Shown here: piece after piece, positions 8,583-18,041 of the stretch
Layout: each line of letters opens with the position of its first letter
Position numbering within the stretch: the stretch's first letter is position 1
Source: Planctomycetota bacterium
GTDB lineage: Bacteria > Planctomycetota > B15-G4
Direction: 5' to 3'
Assembly (NCBI GenBank): GCA_029245865.1
Contig: JAQWOM010000014.1
Span: forward strand, 2,206 to 66,205
Length of the DNA stretch: 64,000 bases
Notes under the pieces: generated by a model
What the model saw: only the letters and a program-made list of their open reading frames with translations
The model's database searches: none
What the model was told of the DNA's origin: nothing
Translations under genes and position numbers: made by a program

Positions 8583-9242
8583 TCAAACTTCGCCAGAAAG
8601 GGCCTTTTCAGCGCGTTCTCGGCGACAGCAAGATTCACAGCGGCCGCACGGGCTCTCTCCGCCACGATAGCAGGACCAGGCCAGGTCCACGGGAGCCCCC
8701 ACGGCCCGACCGGCCTGAAGAAGCTCTCGTTTGGTCATGTGCAGCGTGGGCGCCACGACAGACACCGCCCCCCGGGTCGAGAGTTCCAGGGCTCGGTTGA
8801 CCCGCTCCACGAAAACCGCTCCGTTGTCGGGAAAAGCCTGCGCCTCCTCGGCATTGAAGCCCACGAGGACATGCTCGTGCCCCTCTGCTTCGGCCAGAGC
8901 TGCGGCCAAATTGAGCAGAAGTCCGTTCCGGTTGGGCACCCAGACCGCATCTGCCGTGGCGAGAGCCGTCTCATCGAGTGTCGCTTCGTCGGGCTCCGGG
9001 AGCTCCAGATCGTCCGAAACGAGGGCCGTGCGGGTGATCGCCGCAAGAATCGGCAAATCGACGCGCTCGACAAGGATCCCGAGCGCCTCACCCACCGCAC
9101 GCGCGGCCCGCTCCTCGGATTCCGCTGCTTTTTGACCGTAATGGACGAACAGCGCTCGGCTGAGAATCCCCCCATCGGCAAGGTACAACGAGCTCGCAAC
9201 GGTGGAATCCAGTCCTCCGGAGAGCAGGGCAAGAGCAGACAT
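8583..9242 (-). CDS. queC: 7-cyano-7-deazaguanine synthase
   Basis: 'ALLSGGLDSTV' PP-loop near the N-terminus (start ATG 9242) and the C-terminal Zn cluster 'SCYRGGESPCGRCESCCRR'. Confidence 0.85.
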   Translation of the reverse strand: MSALALLSGGLDSTVASSLYLADGGILSRALFVHYGQKAAESEERAARAVGEALGILVERVDLPILAAITRTALVSDDLELPEPDEATLDETALATADAVWVPNRNGLLLNLAAALAEAEGHEHVLVGFNAEEAQAFPDNGAVFVERVNRALELSTRGAVSVVAPTLHMTKRELLQAGRAVGAPVDLAWSCYRGGESPCGRCESCCRRERAEKALSGEV

Positions 9243-9400
9243 GATGAGGGCCGGCGGGGCAGTCTCGAGAAAATCTGAGACGTCCTTGTAGCCCCTCGAG
9301 GGCGGCCATGGAAACGACGAGTTGCCCACCCCTCGGTTGCCGACCTGGGCGGACACGGCTACAAAGGCCCCCCACCCGAAGACCCCCTCGGAGGGCTGCT

Positions 9401-10957
9401 GTGCGCTCGCCTTTCTCCCTTCTGTGCTCCTTGCTGCCTTTTCTGGCTCTGGGAGCAGTCCTCGCTCTCACTCCCTCGACCACCGGCCAGGCGCTCCCCC
9501 AGGAGCCGGCGACCGCGGAGGCCTCCGGCCCAGAAAGCGGCTGGGCTCTGGTCGATCAGGCCCTCCAAGGTCTCGACCAGGCCTGCTTGTTGCAGCTTGA
9601 CCCTCAGCTCTGGGTGGACGTTCGAAGCACCGCTCTCGTGGCACAAGAACAGGTGCTCGCAGCGCGAACCGCTGGAGCCCCCGCCGAGATTTGCCTCGCC
9701 ATCGAACGCACGCTCTCGGCTCTCCTCGACCGGCAGGCGATCCTCGCCCCCCAGGCAAGTCCCGAAGGACGCGAGTCCACCCGTGACTTGCCCGGCATCG
9801 CAAACGATCTGCTTCTCATCGAAGGTCGCCTCCCGCAGACTTCGCTGCTGCTCATCGAGACGCTCTTCGAACTCGAGCGCGACGAAGAAGGGCAGAACGC
9901 TCTCTCGCGGAGCCTGATGCTCTGGCCTCGCGATGCGCGAGTTCATGACACGGCGCGTGCGTGGCGCGATGTCTTGCCGCGCCCAGAAGATTTGATCAAC
10001 CAGCTGAACGCCCGCGTGCTTGCCCTCGACAGTTCAGATCCTCAGGCATCGGGCCTGGCACTCGAAACCATCGGCATGCTTTTCGTGACCATGGGCAGAA
10101 CCGCGTACGAGAACCGCAAATTTAGCGTGGCCGGTCTTTGCTTCGACCAAGCAGCGAAAGCTCTTAACCGAAGTGCGAGCATGCCGCGCGCCTTCTCTGA
10201 CGACATCATTGCGGCACAGCGCGCTGACGCGGCTGTCAATGCCTCGATGGCCTATCTCGGCCATGCTCAGGAGCTTTGGTTCGCCGACCGTTCAGACAAA
10301 GAAGTGGCCGTCGCCTCTCTCATGGCTGCCGAAGATTCGATTGTCACCGCAATGCAGTTGCGGCCCGACCACGATCCGACGCTGAATGCCGTTCTCTTCA
10401 TCGGTGAGGCATGGAAAGACAAGGCCGACGTCAATCAGGTCAACACCGACGACCTTGCCGACGCACGAGAGTTCTTCCGGCGCATGGCGGAGCGTTTCGA
10501 CGTGGCTGCATGGTGGAACAACTACGCTTTCTGGTCTCGCGAGACCGCACTTGCAGCGGCTGTGGATGGAAAGATGCAGCAAGCCACCGAGCTCTTTCAG
10601 AAATCCTACGCCGCCTACGAAAAAACGATCGAACTCGAGCCAGACAACGCTCGCTACGTCAATGACGCGGGCCTGATTCAGCTTTACTACCTGCAAGAGG
10701 ATCTCGACCGAGCCGAGGAGCTCTTCTACCGCGCCTGGAAACTCGGCAAGGAAGTCTGCGACAACCCCTTTGTCGACGAAAACGTCGCAGCAGAAAACCT
10801 CTCAGCCTACGGTGACGCCATGCTGAATCTTGCGGAACTCAATCATCAACGTGGAGACCTGGAAACGGCCCAGGAGATCAACGACCAACTGCTGGCAATT
10901 TCGCCTGAGAGATTCGACGCCCAACAACTGCGCATCCAGATCGAAAAAGCGAAGTAA
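9401..10957 (+). CDS. secreted TPR-repeat protein
   Basis: The ORF is listed from 9308. GTG 9401 gives (M)RSPFSLLCSLLPFLALGAVLALTPSTTGQA, a signal peptide. The C-terminal half has TPR-like units ('ATELFQKSYAAYEKTIELEPDNARYVNDAGLIQLY', 'AEELFYRAWKLG'). Confidence 0.6.
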   Translation: MRSPFSLLCSLLPFLALGAVLALTPSTTGQALPQEPATAEASGPESGWALVDQALQGLDQACLLQLDPQLWVDVRSTALVAQEQVLAARTAGAPAEICLAIERTLSALLDRQAILAPQASPEGRESTRDLPGIANDLLLIEGRLPQTSLLLIETLFELERDEEGQNALSRSLMLWPRDARVHDTARAWRDVLPRPEDLINQLNARVLALDSSDPQASGLALETIGMLFVTMGRTAYENRKFSVAGLCFDQAAKALNRSASMPRAFSDDIIAAQRADAAVNASMAYLGHAQELWFADRSDKEVAVASLMAAEDSIVTAMQLRPDHDPTLNAVLFIGEAWKDKADVNQVNTDDLADAREFFRRMAERFDVAAWWNNYAFWSRETALAAAVDGKMQQATELFQKSYAAYEKTIELEPDNARYVNDAGLIQLYYLQEDLDRAEELFYRAWKLGKEVCDNPFVDENVAAENLSAYGDAMLNLAELNHQRGDLETAQEINDQLLAISPERFDAQQLRIQIEKAK

Positions 10958-12238
10958 TCAGCGGCCTGACCGGCCACCATTCGTCGGGAGATTCGGTAGC
11001 TGGCTCCGAGAACCTCCTCGCCCATCCTTACTGGAAGGCGCGTACTCGGAAGACACCCACTCAGCCCATCCGATCTCAAAGCCGATGGTGCTGATACCCC
11101 AGCACTCTTTCAAAATGTCGCGCGTTGAAGCCTCCATCTTGGTCATCTTGAGTGCCTTCCCCATGGCCGAGGCATCGCGAGCCATCAGGTAATCGACCCA
11201 CGACCAGACGAACTGGTGTTCGCGTGCGCTGAGCGCCGGTGTCGGTTTGGAGATCACCTCGGGGAAAGAAGCCGCCTCTTCCGCCATCACCGCCTTCCAG
11301 ATGTTCTTGCGCCAGTCCCCGCCCCGCCAGCGAGCTTTCGCGTCGTGCTCGCGAATGCAAAAGGTGCTGCACTGCTGGTCAAAGTCCATTTCGAACCAAT
11401 GCGCAAGGCCAGCATCCAGCCATCCGTACTTGTCATTGAGCCACGGCGGAGAGAGCCCCTTCTGTCCCGTCTTGAACCAGTTGATGTCGTAGAACACAGA
11501 CGTGAACTGATGGACAGCGCTGTGAATCCAATGACGGTGAAAATCATCGTCACCAGGGTGCTCGGATTTGTCGCGCCACATGACCGCAACAGATTCCTGG
11601 CTTGCGCCCCCCGCTCTCTTGACGGTTCCGCTGCCTTGCAATCCAGCAAAGACGGGTCCGGCCTCCAGGGCCTGGCGCTCTTTCTCAAGGACATAGAACC
11701 AGTGCTTATTACGCATATTCTGGCGGTCTTCGATGCCGAACAAAGCTTGAAACTTTGCGTAGAGCTCTTCCATGCGGCGTGCATACAGATGCGCCGCATC
11801 GTGCATCTTGACTGACTTTCGGTTAACCGAGATCTTCGGAACGTTCCAACTCACAACGAAGTGCGTCGTCTCGACGTGAGAGAACTTCGAGTCGAGCATC
11901 TCGTCTACCGAACGCCGTGCTCCAAGCCACGTTTGATTGGCGGCTTCAATCGCATCCCATTCCTGCTGGGCCTTCTCTTTCACCGAAGGCGTCTTGCACC
12001 GAGCGCATGGCTTCCAATCCATCGCCATGTCATCGGCTTCGATGGCGTCTGAACAGTGCAACACTTGCCACGTCTCTCCGTGAGCGTGGTCAGCCGCAAA
12101 TTTTTTCGAAACCGGTACAACCACCTTGCCACTTGTCTTGCAGGTTCCACACAGACGTTCGCCCACTTCCTGCCCCGCAACACTTACGCACAAGGCGAGC
12201 AGGACTCCCAAGCGGACAATCAACCGATACGGAAACAA
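10958..12238 (-). CDS. hypothetical secreted protein with an N-terminal double CxxC (DnaJ-type zinc-finger-like) module
   Basis: The listed ORF start (12379) would overlap hutI by 79 nt. TTG 12238 gives (M)FPYRLIVRLGVLLALCVSVAGQ, a signal peptide. It is followed by 'CGTCKTSGKV' and 'CARCKTPSV'. The histidine-rich 'HRHWIHSAVHQF' could belong to a metallopeptidase-like fold. No family is recognised with confidence. Confidence 0.45.
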   Translation of the reverse strand: MFPYRLIVRLGVLLALCVSVAGQEVGERLCGTCKTSGKVVVPVSKKFAADHAHGETWQVLHCSDAIEADDMAMDWKPCARCKTPSVKEKAQQEWDAIEAANQTWLGARRSVDEMLDSKFSHVETTHFVVSWNVPKISVNRKSVKMHDAAHLYARRMEELYAKFQALFGIEDRQNMRNKHWFYVLEKERQALEAGPVFAGLQGSGTVKRAGGASQESVAVMWRDKSEHPGDDDFHRHWIHSAVHQFTSVFYDINWFKTGQKGLSPPWLNDKYGWLDAGLAHWFEMDFDQQCSTFCIREHDAKARWRGGDWRKNIWKAVMAEEAASFPEVISKPTPALSAREHQFVWSWVDYLMARDASAMGKALKMTKMEASTRDILKECWGISTIGFEIGWAEWVSSEYAPSSKDGRGGSRSQLPNLPTNGGRSGR

Positions 12239-12300
12239 AGTGCGTCTCCCTGGGTGCGAAATCTTCTCGTGAGTTGCAGCAAGTGAGGGCAAGCTGAAAA

Positions 12301-13581
12301 CTATAGCAGCGTGGGTCGGTTGTCGTGACGCTGCCACACCAGGGCACCAGACTTGACCACCGCCGTCACGGCGTGCCAACCCATCTGATAACCAAGAAAC
12401 AAGTGATTGGGCACGTCGAGAAGAACCAGGTCAGCAACCGCTCCGACTTCGATTCGACCGCGCACACCCGGCAAACCCAGGGTCTCCGCGGCGTTTCGAG
12501 TCGCAGCCACAATGGACTCGGCAACTGTCATGCCGAGCAACCCACAGGCAAGCGCAATGATCTCCACCATCGAAGGAATGTAAGACGTCCCCGGATTGAA
12601 GTCGGTGGCCAAGGCAACAGGCAGCCCGGCCTCGATCATTCGACGGGCGGGCGCAACATCCTTCAGGCGCAACGAAAAGCACGTACCGGGCAAAAGCACA
12701 GGCGTCGTCTCGGCACCAAGCATCGCCTCAATGCCCGCATCAGAAATGCGCACCAAGTGGTCCGCCGTCTGCGCGCCCATCTCGGCAGCCAATTCTGCTG
12801 CGCCAACTGGCGCAAGTTCGTCAGCATGCACGCGAAGAGCCATTCCTAATGACCGAGCAGACTCCAGAACGGTGCGTGCTTCATCGACAGTGAATGCGCC
12901 CTCATCACAAAACACATCAGCAGATCGCGCCAGCTTTCGACTCGCAACCTCTGGAAGGATCTTCTCGGCGACCAATGCCACGTAGGCTTCACGGTGCTCG
13001 GCAAACTCTGGTGGCACCTGATGTGCAGCCAAACACGTCGCGTCGATATCGATGGGGTGGTTGGCACCGCAGTCAGCAAGAAGCTCCAACGCCAGCAGTT
13101 CAGATTCCAGGTCGAGGCCGTAGCCACTCTTTGCCTCGACGGATGTCGTACCGCACATCACGAATCGGTCGAGACGCTCCCTGAGCTGTTTTTCCAGAGA
13201 CTCACGGGACGCACTTCGAAAGGCCCGTACGGAGGAGAAGATTCCGCCCCCCGACCGTGTGATGTCCTGATAGGAGCCACCCCGCGCCCGGAGGTCGAAC
13301 TCGCCTTCGCGCGTTGCCGCGAAGACAGGATGGGTGTGCGCATCGCAAAACCCGGGCAACACAATCCCACCTCGCGCGGACACCTCTCGCTCACCTTCGT
13401 AGGTCGCGTGAATGGCGCTGCTTGCATCCACCGCCACGATCAAGCCATCGCGCACGGCCACCGCACCCTCTCGAACGATTTGCAACTCGTCCATGGCATC
13501 GCCACGGAGGGAGCCACGGCCCCCTCCCACGGTGACGACCTCCTGGGCCTCATCGACGATGAGATCGACCTGCTCCTTCAT
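12301..13581 (-). CDS. hutI: imidazolonepropionase (amidohydrolase superfamily)
   Basis: 'LPGFCDAHTHPVFA', 'GGGIFSSVRAFRSAS', 'VEAKSGYGL', 'RVHADEL' and 'ATDFNPG' match the HutI pattern. Length is 426 aa. Confidence 0.8.
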   Translation of the reverse strand: MKEQVDLIVDEAQEVVTVGGGRGSLRGDAMDELQIVREGAVAVRDGLIVAVDASSAIHATYEGEREVSARGGIVLPGFCDAHTHPVFAATREGEFDLRARGGSYQDITRSGGGIFSSVRAFRSASRESLEKQLRERLDRFVMCGTTSVEAKSGYGLDLESELLALELLADCGANHPIDIDATCLAAHQVPPEFAEHREAYVALVAEKILPEVASRKLARSADVFCDEGAFTVDEARTVLESARSLGMALRVHADELAPVGAAELAAEMGAQTADHLVRISDAGIEAMLGAETTPVLLPGTCFSLRLKDVAPARRMIEAGLPVALATDFNPGTSYIPSMVEIIALACGLLGMTVAESIVAATRNAAETLGLPGVRGRIEVGAVADLVLLDVPNHLFLGYQMGWHAVTAVVKSGALVWQRHDNRPTLL

Positions 13582-13816
13582 AGATCCACTCTTCCAAGCT
13601 CAGCGGGAAGCCATTTTGCGTGAGCCTATCGTACCGGGAACCCGCAAACGCCCCCTCGTGGCGCCCACCCCATCCACCCGAAGCGCGGCAAGCGTTATAC
13701 TTAAACGTGCGGCGCGGGGTGCTTCCGGGCCGCCGCCTGGGGCGGGCGACGCTCGGCCCCGACCCCCCGCGGACACCCTGGCTCTCTTCCCACCTCCCTT
13801 CTCGGTTCTTGGCAGC

Positions 13817-15082
13817 TTGGCCCCCGGTTCTTCCCTTCTGTGGTGGGCGGTGGGCGTAGGAGCGCTGACCCTGGTGCTTGCAGCCGTGGAACATGGCTGG
13901 ACCCGCCTGTCTCGTACGCGCCTGGCAGACACGGCCGCGGGCCCCGAATCGCGCACGCGCCTCGAAAGAATGCTTGCGCAGGGTGATCGTGTAGAGGACG
14001 CCCTGATCGTCATGCGTGTCGGCTCTCAGGTCACCCTCGTTGCGCTTCTGGTCGCCCTCGCCTTTGGAATGCTCGCCGAGGGCGAAACTCCCCCCTCGCT
14101 AACCACCGCCATCACCACGGCAGGAGTGGTTGCTTTCATCTGGATTACCTTGTTCTGTCGCGTGCTGCCGGCAGAAATGAGCGCGCACCGCCTCGAAGGC
14201 TTTGTCCGCACGACCATGCCCGTCCTGGTGGCCTGTTCGTATGTGCTCGGGCCGCCCATCGATCTCTGCCGACAACTCGCACGACGCATGACCGGCCACA
14301 CACCGGAAATTGATGCCGAGCTCTATCAAGATGAGATTCGTAGCCAACTCGAAGAAGGTGAGCGCGAGGGACACCTCGGTGGCGAGCAAGCAGACATGAT
14401 CGAGGCGGTCCTGGAGTTACGGACCACAGAAGTTCACCACCTCATGACACCTCGAACCGAGATCGACGTGGTGGACATTGACTGCACTGTTGAGAAAGCC
14501 CGCCTTCTCACGCAAAAAAGCGGGCGCTCCCGCTATCCATTGGTCGAGGGTGCCGTCGACAAGGTGGTTGGCATCCTGCATGTCAAAGACCTGCTCTGCA
14601 AAGAGGGAAGTGAGCCCCTCACGGCCCTCGCACGCGAGCCCTGGTTCGTCCCAGAGAGCAAATACTGCACAGAGTTGCTCAGCGAATTCCGCCTCAAGCA
14701 TCAGCACCTTGCCGTGGTTCTCGACGAGTACGGCGGCACCGCCGGCATCATCACGATTGAGGACGTCCTCGAGGAAATCGTGGGCGAAATCGACGACGAG
14801 TTTGATGAAGAAGAAGAGGTGCCCGAATTGGAGATCCTCGACCCACGAAATGCCGTCGCGCAAGGAGCCATGCACGTCGACGAGCTCAACGAGAAACTTT
14901 CTATCAACCTCCCTGAGAACGACGACTGGTCGACACTCGGAGGCCTGATCTTTCACACGTTGGGCCGCCTTCCCAGCGAGGGCGAAGAACTTCGCCAGGG
15001 CAACGTACTCCTGCGCATCGACCTGGTGATCGACCGACGCATAGACAGGGTCGCCATCAAGATTCTTGAAGAAGCCGTCTGA
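13817..15082 (+). CDS. CNNM/CorC/HlyC-family transporter (DUF21 + CBS pair + CorC_HlyC)
   Basis: The listed ORF (13412) overlaps hutI, and there is no ATG before the first TM helix. TTG 13817 gives a ~421-aa protein. The CBS region includes '[18 protein letters not shown]' and '[20 protein letters not shown]'. '[32 protein letters not shown]' and the C-terminal transporter-associated domain are also present. Confidence 0.8.
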   Translation: MAPGSSLLWWAVGVGALTLVLAAVEHGWTRLSRTRLADTAAGPESRTRLERMLAQGDRVEDALIVMRVGSQVTLVALLVALAFGMLAEGETPPSLTTAITTAGVVAFIWITLFCRVLPAEMSAHRLEGFVRTTMPVLVACSYVLGPPIDLCRQLARRMTGHTPEIDAELYQDEIRSQLEEGEREGHLGGEQADMIEAVLELRTTEVHHLMTPRTEIDVVDIDCTVEKARLLTQKSGRSRYPLVEGAVDKVVGILHVKDLLCKEGSEPLTALAREPWFVPESKYCTELLSEFRLKHQHLAVVLDEYGGTAGIITIEDVLEEIVGEIDDEFDEEEEVPELEILDPRNAVAQGAMHVDELNEKLSINLPENDDWSTLGGLIFHTLGRLPSEGEELRQGNVLLRIDLVIDRRIDRVAIKILEEAV

Positions 15083-15100
15083 CGTCGACTGCAGGAACGA

Positions 15101-16186
15101 CTAAAGGAAGCGGTCCAGCCCCCGTGCCTCGAGCTCTTTAACCAACGCTTTCACGCCTTGGTCATCGTCACGCCGGCACACCAAAGTTGCATCTGCGGTG
15201 TGCACAACGATCAATCCGTCGACACCCTTCACGGCAACAACGCAGCCTTCGTCTGAAGCCAATAAGTTGTTTTGCGCGTCCAGGACGACAGCTCGCCCGT
15301 CCACGACATTGCCGGCCTTGTCCGCCTCGCGCAATCGCTCCAAGGCCGACCAGGAACCCACATCATCCCAGTCCAGGGGAAGTGGCAGCATGAGCGTGCC
15401 CCGTAGTTTCTCCATGACGCCCTTGTCGATGGAGATCTTCGGCAGGCGCGGAAACTCGCGGGCCAACTCCGCAGCAAAATCCGGCGTATTCCAATCTGCT
15501 GTGATGCGCTTCAAGCCAGCCCAAACATCTGGCAAATGTTCCTGGAAAGCCGCGCGCATGGCTTGCAGGCGAAAAGCGAACATGCCGGCATTCCATGCGT
15601 AGCCACCCGCCTTCAGCATCTTTTCCGCGTCAGCCGCTCCGGGCTTTTCTACAAAAGCGTCCAGTTCGAAGACGGGCCTATCTCTGTAATCTCCGAGTTG
15701 CGCTCCCCTGCGCAACCATCCGTAGCCCTGTTCGGCTCGCGTGGGCTCTACCCCAAAGACCAACACACGTTCGGGATGAGCTGCGAGCGCTTCCTCTGCG
15801 GCGAGAAGATGCTCGCGGAAAGAATCTTCAGGTGTGATGAGCTGATCGGCGGGCATCGCGATCACCGTCGCTTCGGGGTCGATCTGCTCGACAAGGCACG
15901 TCGCCAACCCAACACATGCGGACGTGTCACGTGCTTCGGGCTCACCGACGATCTGCTCTGGAGGCACGTCTTTCAGAAGAGCACGGGTGGCCTCCACGGT
16001 GTGCGCTGCAGTGATGACCAGTTGTCGCTGCGGTGGAATCGTCTCACCCAGCCGAGCACTCGTGCGTTGAAGGAGCGCCGTCTCGCCACCAATCGGCAAG
16101 AATTGCTTGGGCCGACTCTTGCGACTCGCAGGCCAGAAACGCGTTCCCGAACCACCGGCCATGAGCACTGCGAAGAGCGTGCTCAC
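15101..16186 (-). CDS. manC: mannose-1-phosphate guanylyltransferase (nucleotidyltransferase-only form)
   Basis: 'AVLMAGGSGTRFWPASRKSRPKQFL' N-terminal NTP-transferase motif. Length is 361 aa. The GTG start overlaps the alr stop. Confidence 0.8.
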   Translation of the reverse strand: MSTLFAVLMAGGSGTRFWPASRKSRPKQFLPIGGETALLQRTSARLGETIPPQRQLVITAAHTVEATRALLKDVPPEQIVGEPEARDTSACVGLATCLVEQIDPEATVIAMPADQLITPEDSFREHLLAAEEALAAHPERVLVFGVEPTRAEQGYGWLRRGAQLGDYRDRPVFELDAFVEKPGAADAEKMLKAGGYAWNAGMFAFRLQAMRAAFQEHLPDVWAGLKRITADWNTPDFAAELAREFPRLPKISIDKGVMEKLRGTLMLPLPLDWDDVGSWSALERLREADKAGNVVDGRAVVLDAQNNLLASDEGCVVAVKGVDGLIVVHTADATLVCRRDDDQGVKALVKELEARGLDRFL

Positions 16187-17391
16187 GAGTTGGTCACATC
16201 CACGGAGGGCGGGTCAGCGCGGTCGAATCGAGTGTGCGCCATATCGCCAGCCTTGCCTTCGGCTTCAGGCCGCGTGTAAACACGCCGTACCCGCTTGCCG
16301 ACTGCGCATGCCACCTCGTACGGAATGGTCCCAATCAAGCTCGCAAGTTCAGGGATATCAATCCGCTGTGCACCATCTTCGCCAATAAGCGTGACGACAT
16401 CGCCCACACAAACGCCTGGTATGTGGCCGACATCCAACATCGTGTAGTCCATTGAGATCGCCCCTACGATGGGCGCCAAGGCGCCCCGCACGAGCGCACG
16501 CCCTTTGTTGCTCAATCGATAAGCCAGTCCGTCGTTGTAGCCCACAGGCAACGTGGCAATACGTGTCTGCTGACTGGTGACGTGTGTTCCGTTGTAGCCC
16601 ACAGGCGTTCCTGGAGGGACGTCCTTCAGATAGACCACTTGCGTTCGCAACGACATCACCGGTTCCATCCCGGCTGCGAGAGGTGCCATTTCTGCTGCCA
16701 TCACGCCATACAACGAAATGCCCGGCCGCACGAGTTCCAACCCGGTGCCGACTTTTCCCAGGATGGCCGCCGTGTTGGCAAAGTGGACCAGCGGCGGCCG
16801 AATACCTTCCGCCTCCAACTCGTTGAGTAAGCCCTCAAGCTTCTGATGCTGCAACTCAGAAAACGGATGCCCCGGGCGCGTCGAAGACACATGACTCGCC
16901 AAGCCTTCCAGGATCAGCGAATCGTTTCCCGCGATCACATGAGCAAGTTCGGAGGCGCGCGGCGGCTGAGCCCCCAGGCGCCCCATGCCCGTATCAACCA
17001 TCAGGTGCACGTGCAGGCGCTTGCTTTGACGGCGCGCCTCATCCGCCAGGCTCTGAATACGATCCATCGAATGGATACAGACCCGCAAATCGTGACGGAC
17101 AACTTGCGGCACCTCATCTTCGATGATGGTTCCAAGGATGAGGACCGGAGCCTCGATCCCCGCCGCACGCAATTCGAGCGCCTCGGCTGAATCTCCGACT
17201 CCGAACCCCCACAGGCCCGGCTCCGCCTCCAGCGCGCGCGCCACCGGCACCGCGCCGTGCCCGTAGGCATCCGCCTTCACGACAGCCAAGATAGACGAAC
17301 CTTCAGCTACGCGAGCGCCCACCCGGCGAAAGTTACGGCACAGAGCGGCAAGGTCGATCTCTGCCCAAACTCTGTGACGCTGTGACATCAT
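16183..17391 (-). CDS. alr: alanine racemase
   Basis: 'AVVKADAYGHGAVPVARAL' PLP-lysine motif and 'VGYNDGLAY'. Length is 402 aa. Confidence 0.9.
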   Translation of the reverse strand: MMSQRHRVWAEIDLAALCRNFRRVGARVAEGSSILAVVKADAYGHGAVPVARALEAEPGLWGFGVGDSAEALELRAAGIEAPVLILGTIIEDEVPQVVRHDLRVCIHSMDRIQSLADEARRQSKRLHVHLMVDTGMGRLGAQPPRASELAHVIAGNDSLILEGLASHVSSTRPGHPFSELQHQKLEGLLNELEAEGIRPPLVHFANTAAILGKVGTGLELVRPGISLYGVMAAEMAPLAAGMEPVMSLRTQVVYLKDVPPGTPVGYNGTHVTSQQTRIATLPVGYNDGLAYRLSNKGRALVRGALAPIVGAISMDYTMLDVGHIPGVCVGDVVTLIGEDGAQRIDIPELASLIGTIPYEVACAVGKRVRRVYTRPEAEGKAGDMAHTRFDRADPPSVDVTNS

Positions 17392-18041
17392 CGTCGGCGT
17401 GTTCTTTCCTCGAGCGCGATTTCAGCATGTGAGCGCTTGAGGTAGAGCGGCAGCACCGCGGCAGGGGCATCACCCCCGGCCATGAGCCGTCGCCTCCCCA
17501 AGGCCCCCACATCGTAGCCGTCCGGGTCCGGCTCCCGAACGATGATCTGTGAAGCTGTTGAATCACCGAGCGCATCGACCTCAGAGGAGGGAACCAGCCG
17601 GGGCGCCCCCGTTTCCTCGAACCAGGCACCCTTTCGGCGATAGTCCGCTCGATAGCACTCATCGCGACGAGCATCGAGAACTACTGTGACGGCCTCAACT
17701 GCCGGATCCGTGCGCAAGATGCCCCATGCTGCAGCTTCCACCGAAGCAACGCCGGCCAGCGGGAGCTTACTTGGCCGGGTGAGGCCGACCGCGAACGCAA
17801 TGGCCGCGCGCAATCCCGTATAGGAGCCAGGGCCGATCCCCACAGCCACGCCTCCCAGATCCCCCACGGCCAGTTCCCGAGCCTGAAGCAGCTCGCTGGC
17901 TCGCACCGCCAACTCACGGGTGCCCCGTAGACCAGCCTTCTGAACCCAGTGCCCCCAGGCCTCGTCAGCTGGCCCCAGCAGAGCCACTGTCGGCTGAACA
18001 CTCGAGGCGTCCATGGCGAGAATCGGACCGGAGCCCTTCAC
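17388..18041 (-). CDS. tsaB: tRNA t6A biosynthesis protein TsaB (YeaZ)
   Basis: 'ILAMDAS' N-terminus and 'GIGPGSYTGLRAAIAFAVGL'. GTG 18041 forms a GTGA overlap with the glmM stop. The listed start (18086) would overlap glmM by 49 nt. Confidence 0.8.
   Translation of the reverse strand: MKGSGPILAMDASSVQPTVALLGPADEAWGHWVQKAGLRGTRELAVRASELLQARELAVGDLGGVAVGIGPGSYTGLRAAIAFAVGLTRPSKLPLAGVASVEAAAWGILRTDPAVEAVTVVLDARRDECYRADYRRKGAWFEETGAPRLVPSSEVDALGDSTASQIIVREPDPDGYDVGALGRRRLMAGGDAPAAVLPLYLKRSHAEIALEERTRRR

Noticed and set aside
13412-13816. ATG-initiated N-terminal 135 codons of the CNNM ORF. The 27842-28063 part of the ABC ORF and the 12239-12379 part of the CxxC-protein ORF are analogous.
   Set aside because: These extensions overlap the coding sequence of well-supported neighbouring genes (hutI, recO and hutI respectively) and are low-complexity. 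Internal TTG/GTG starts give normal protein lengths.
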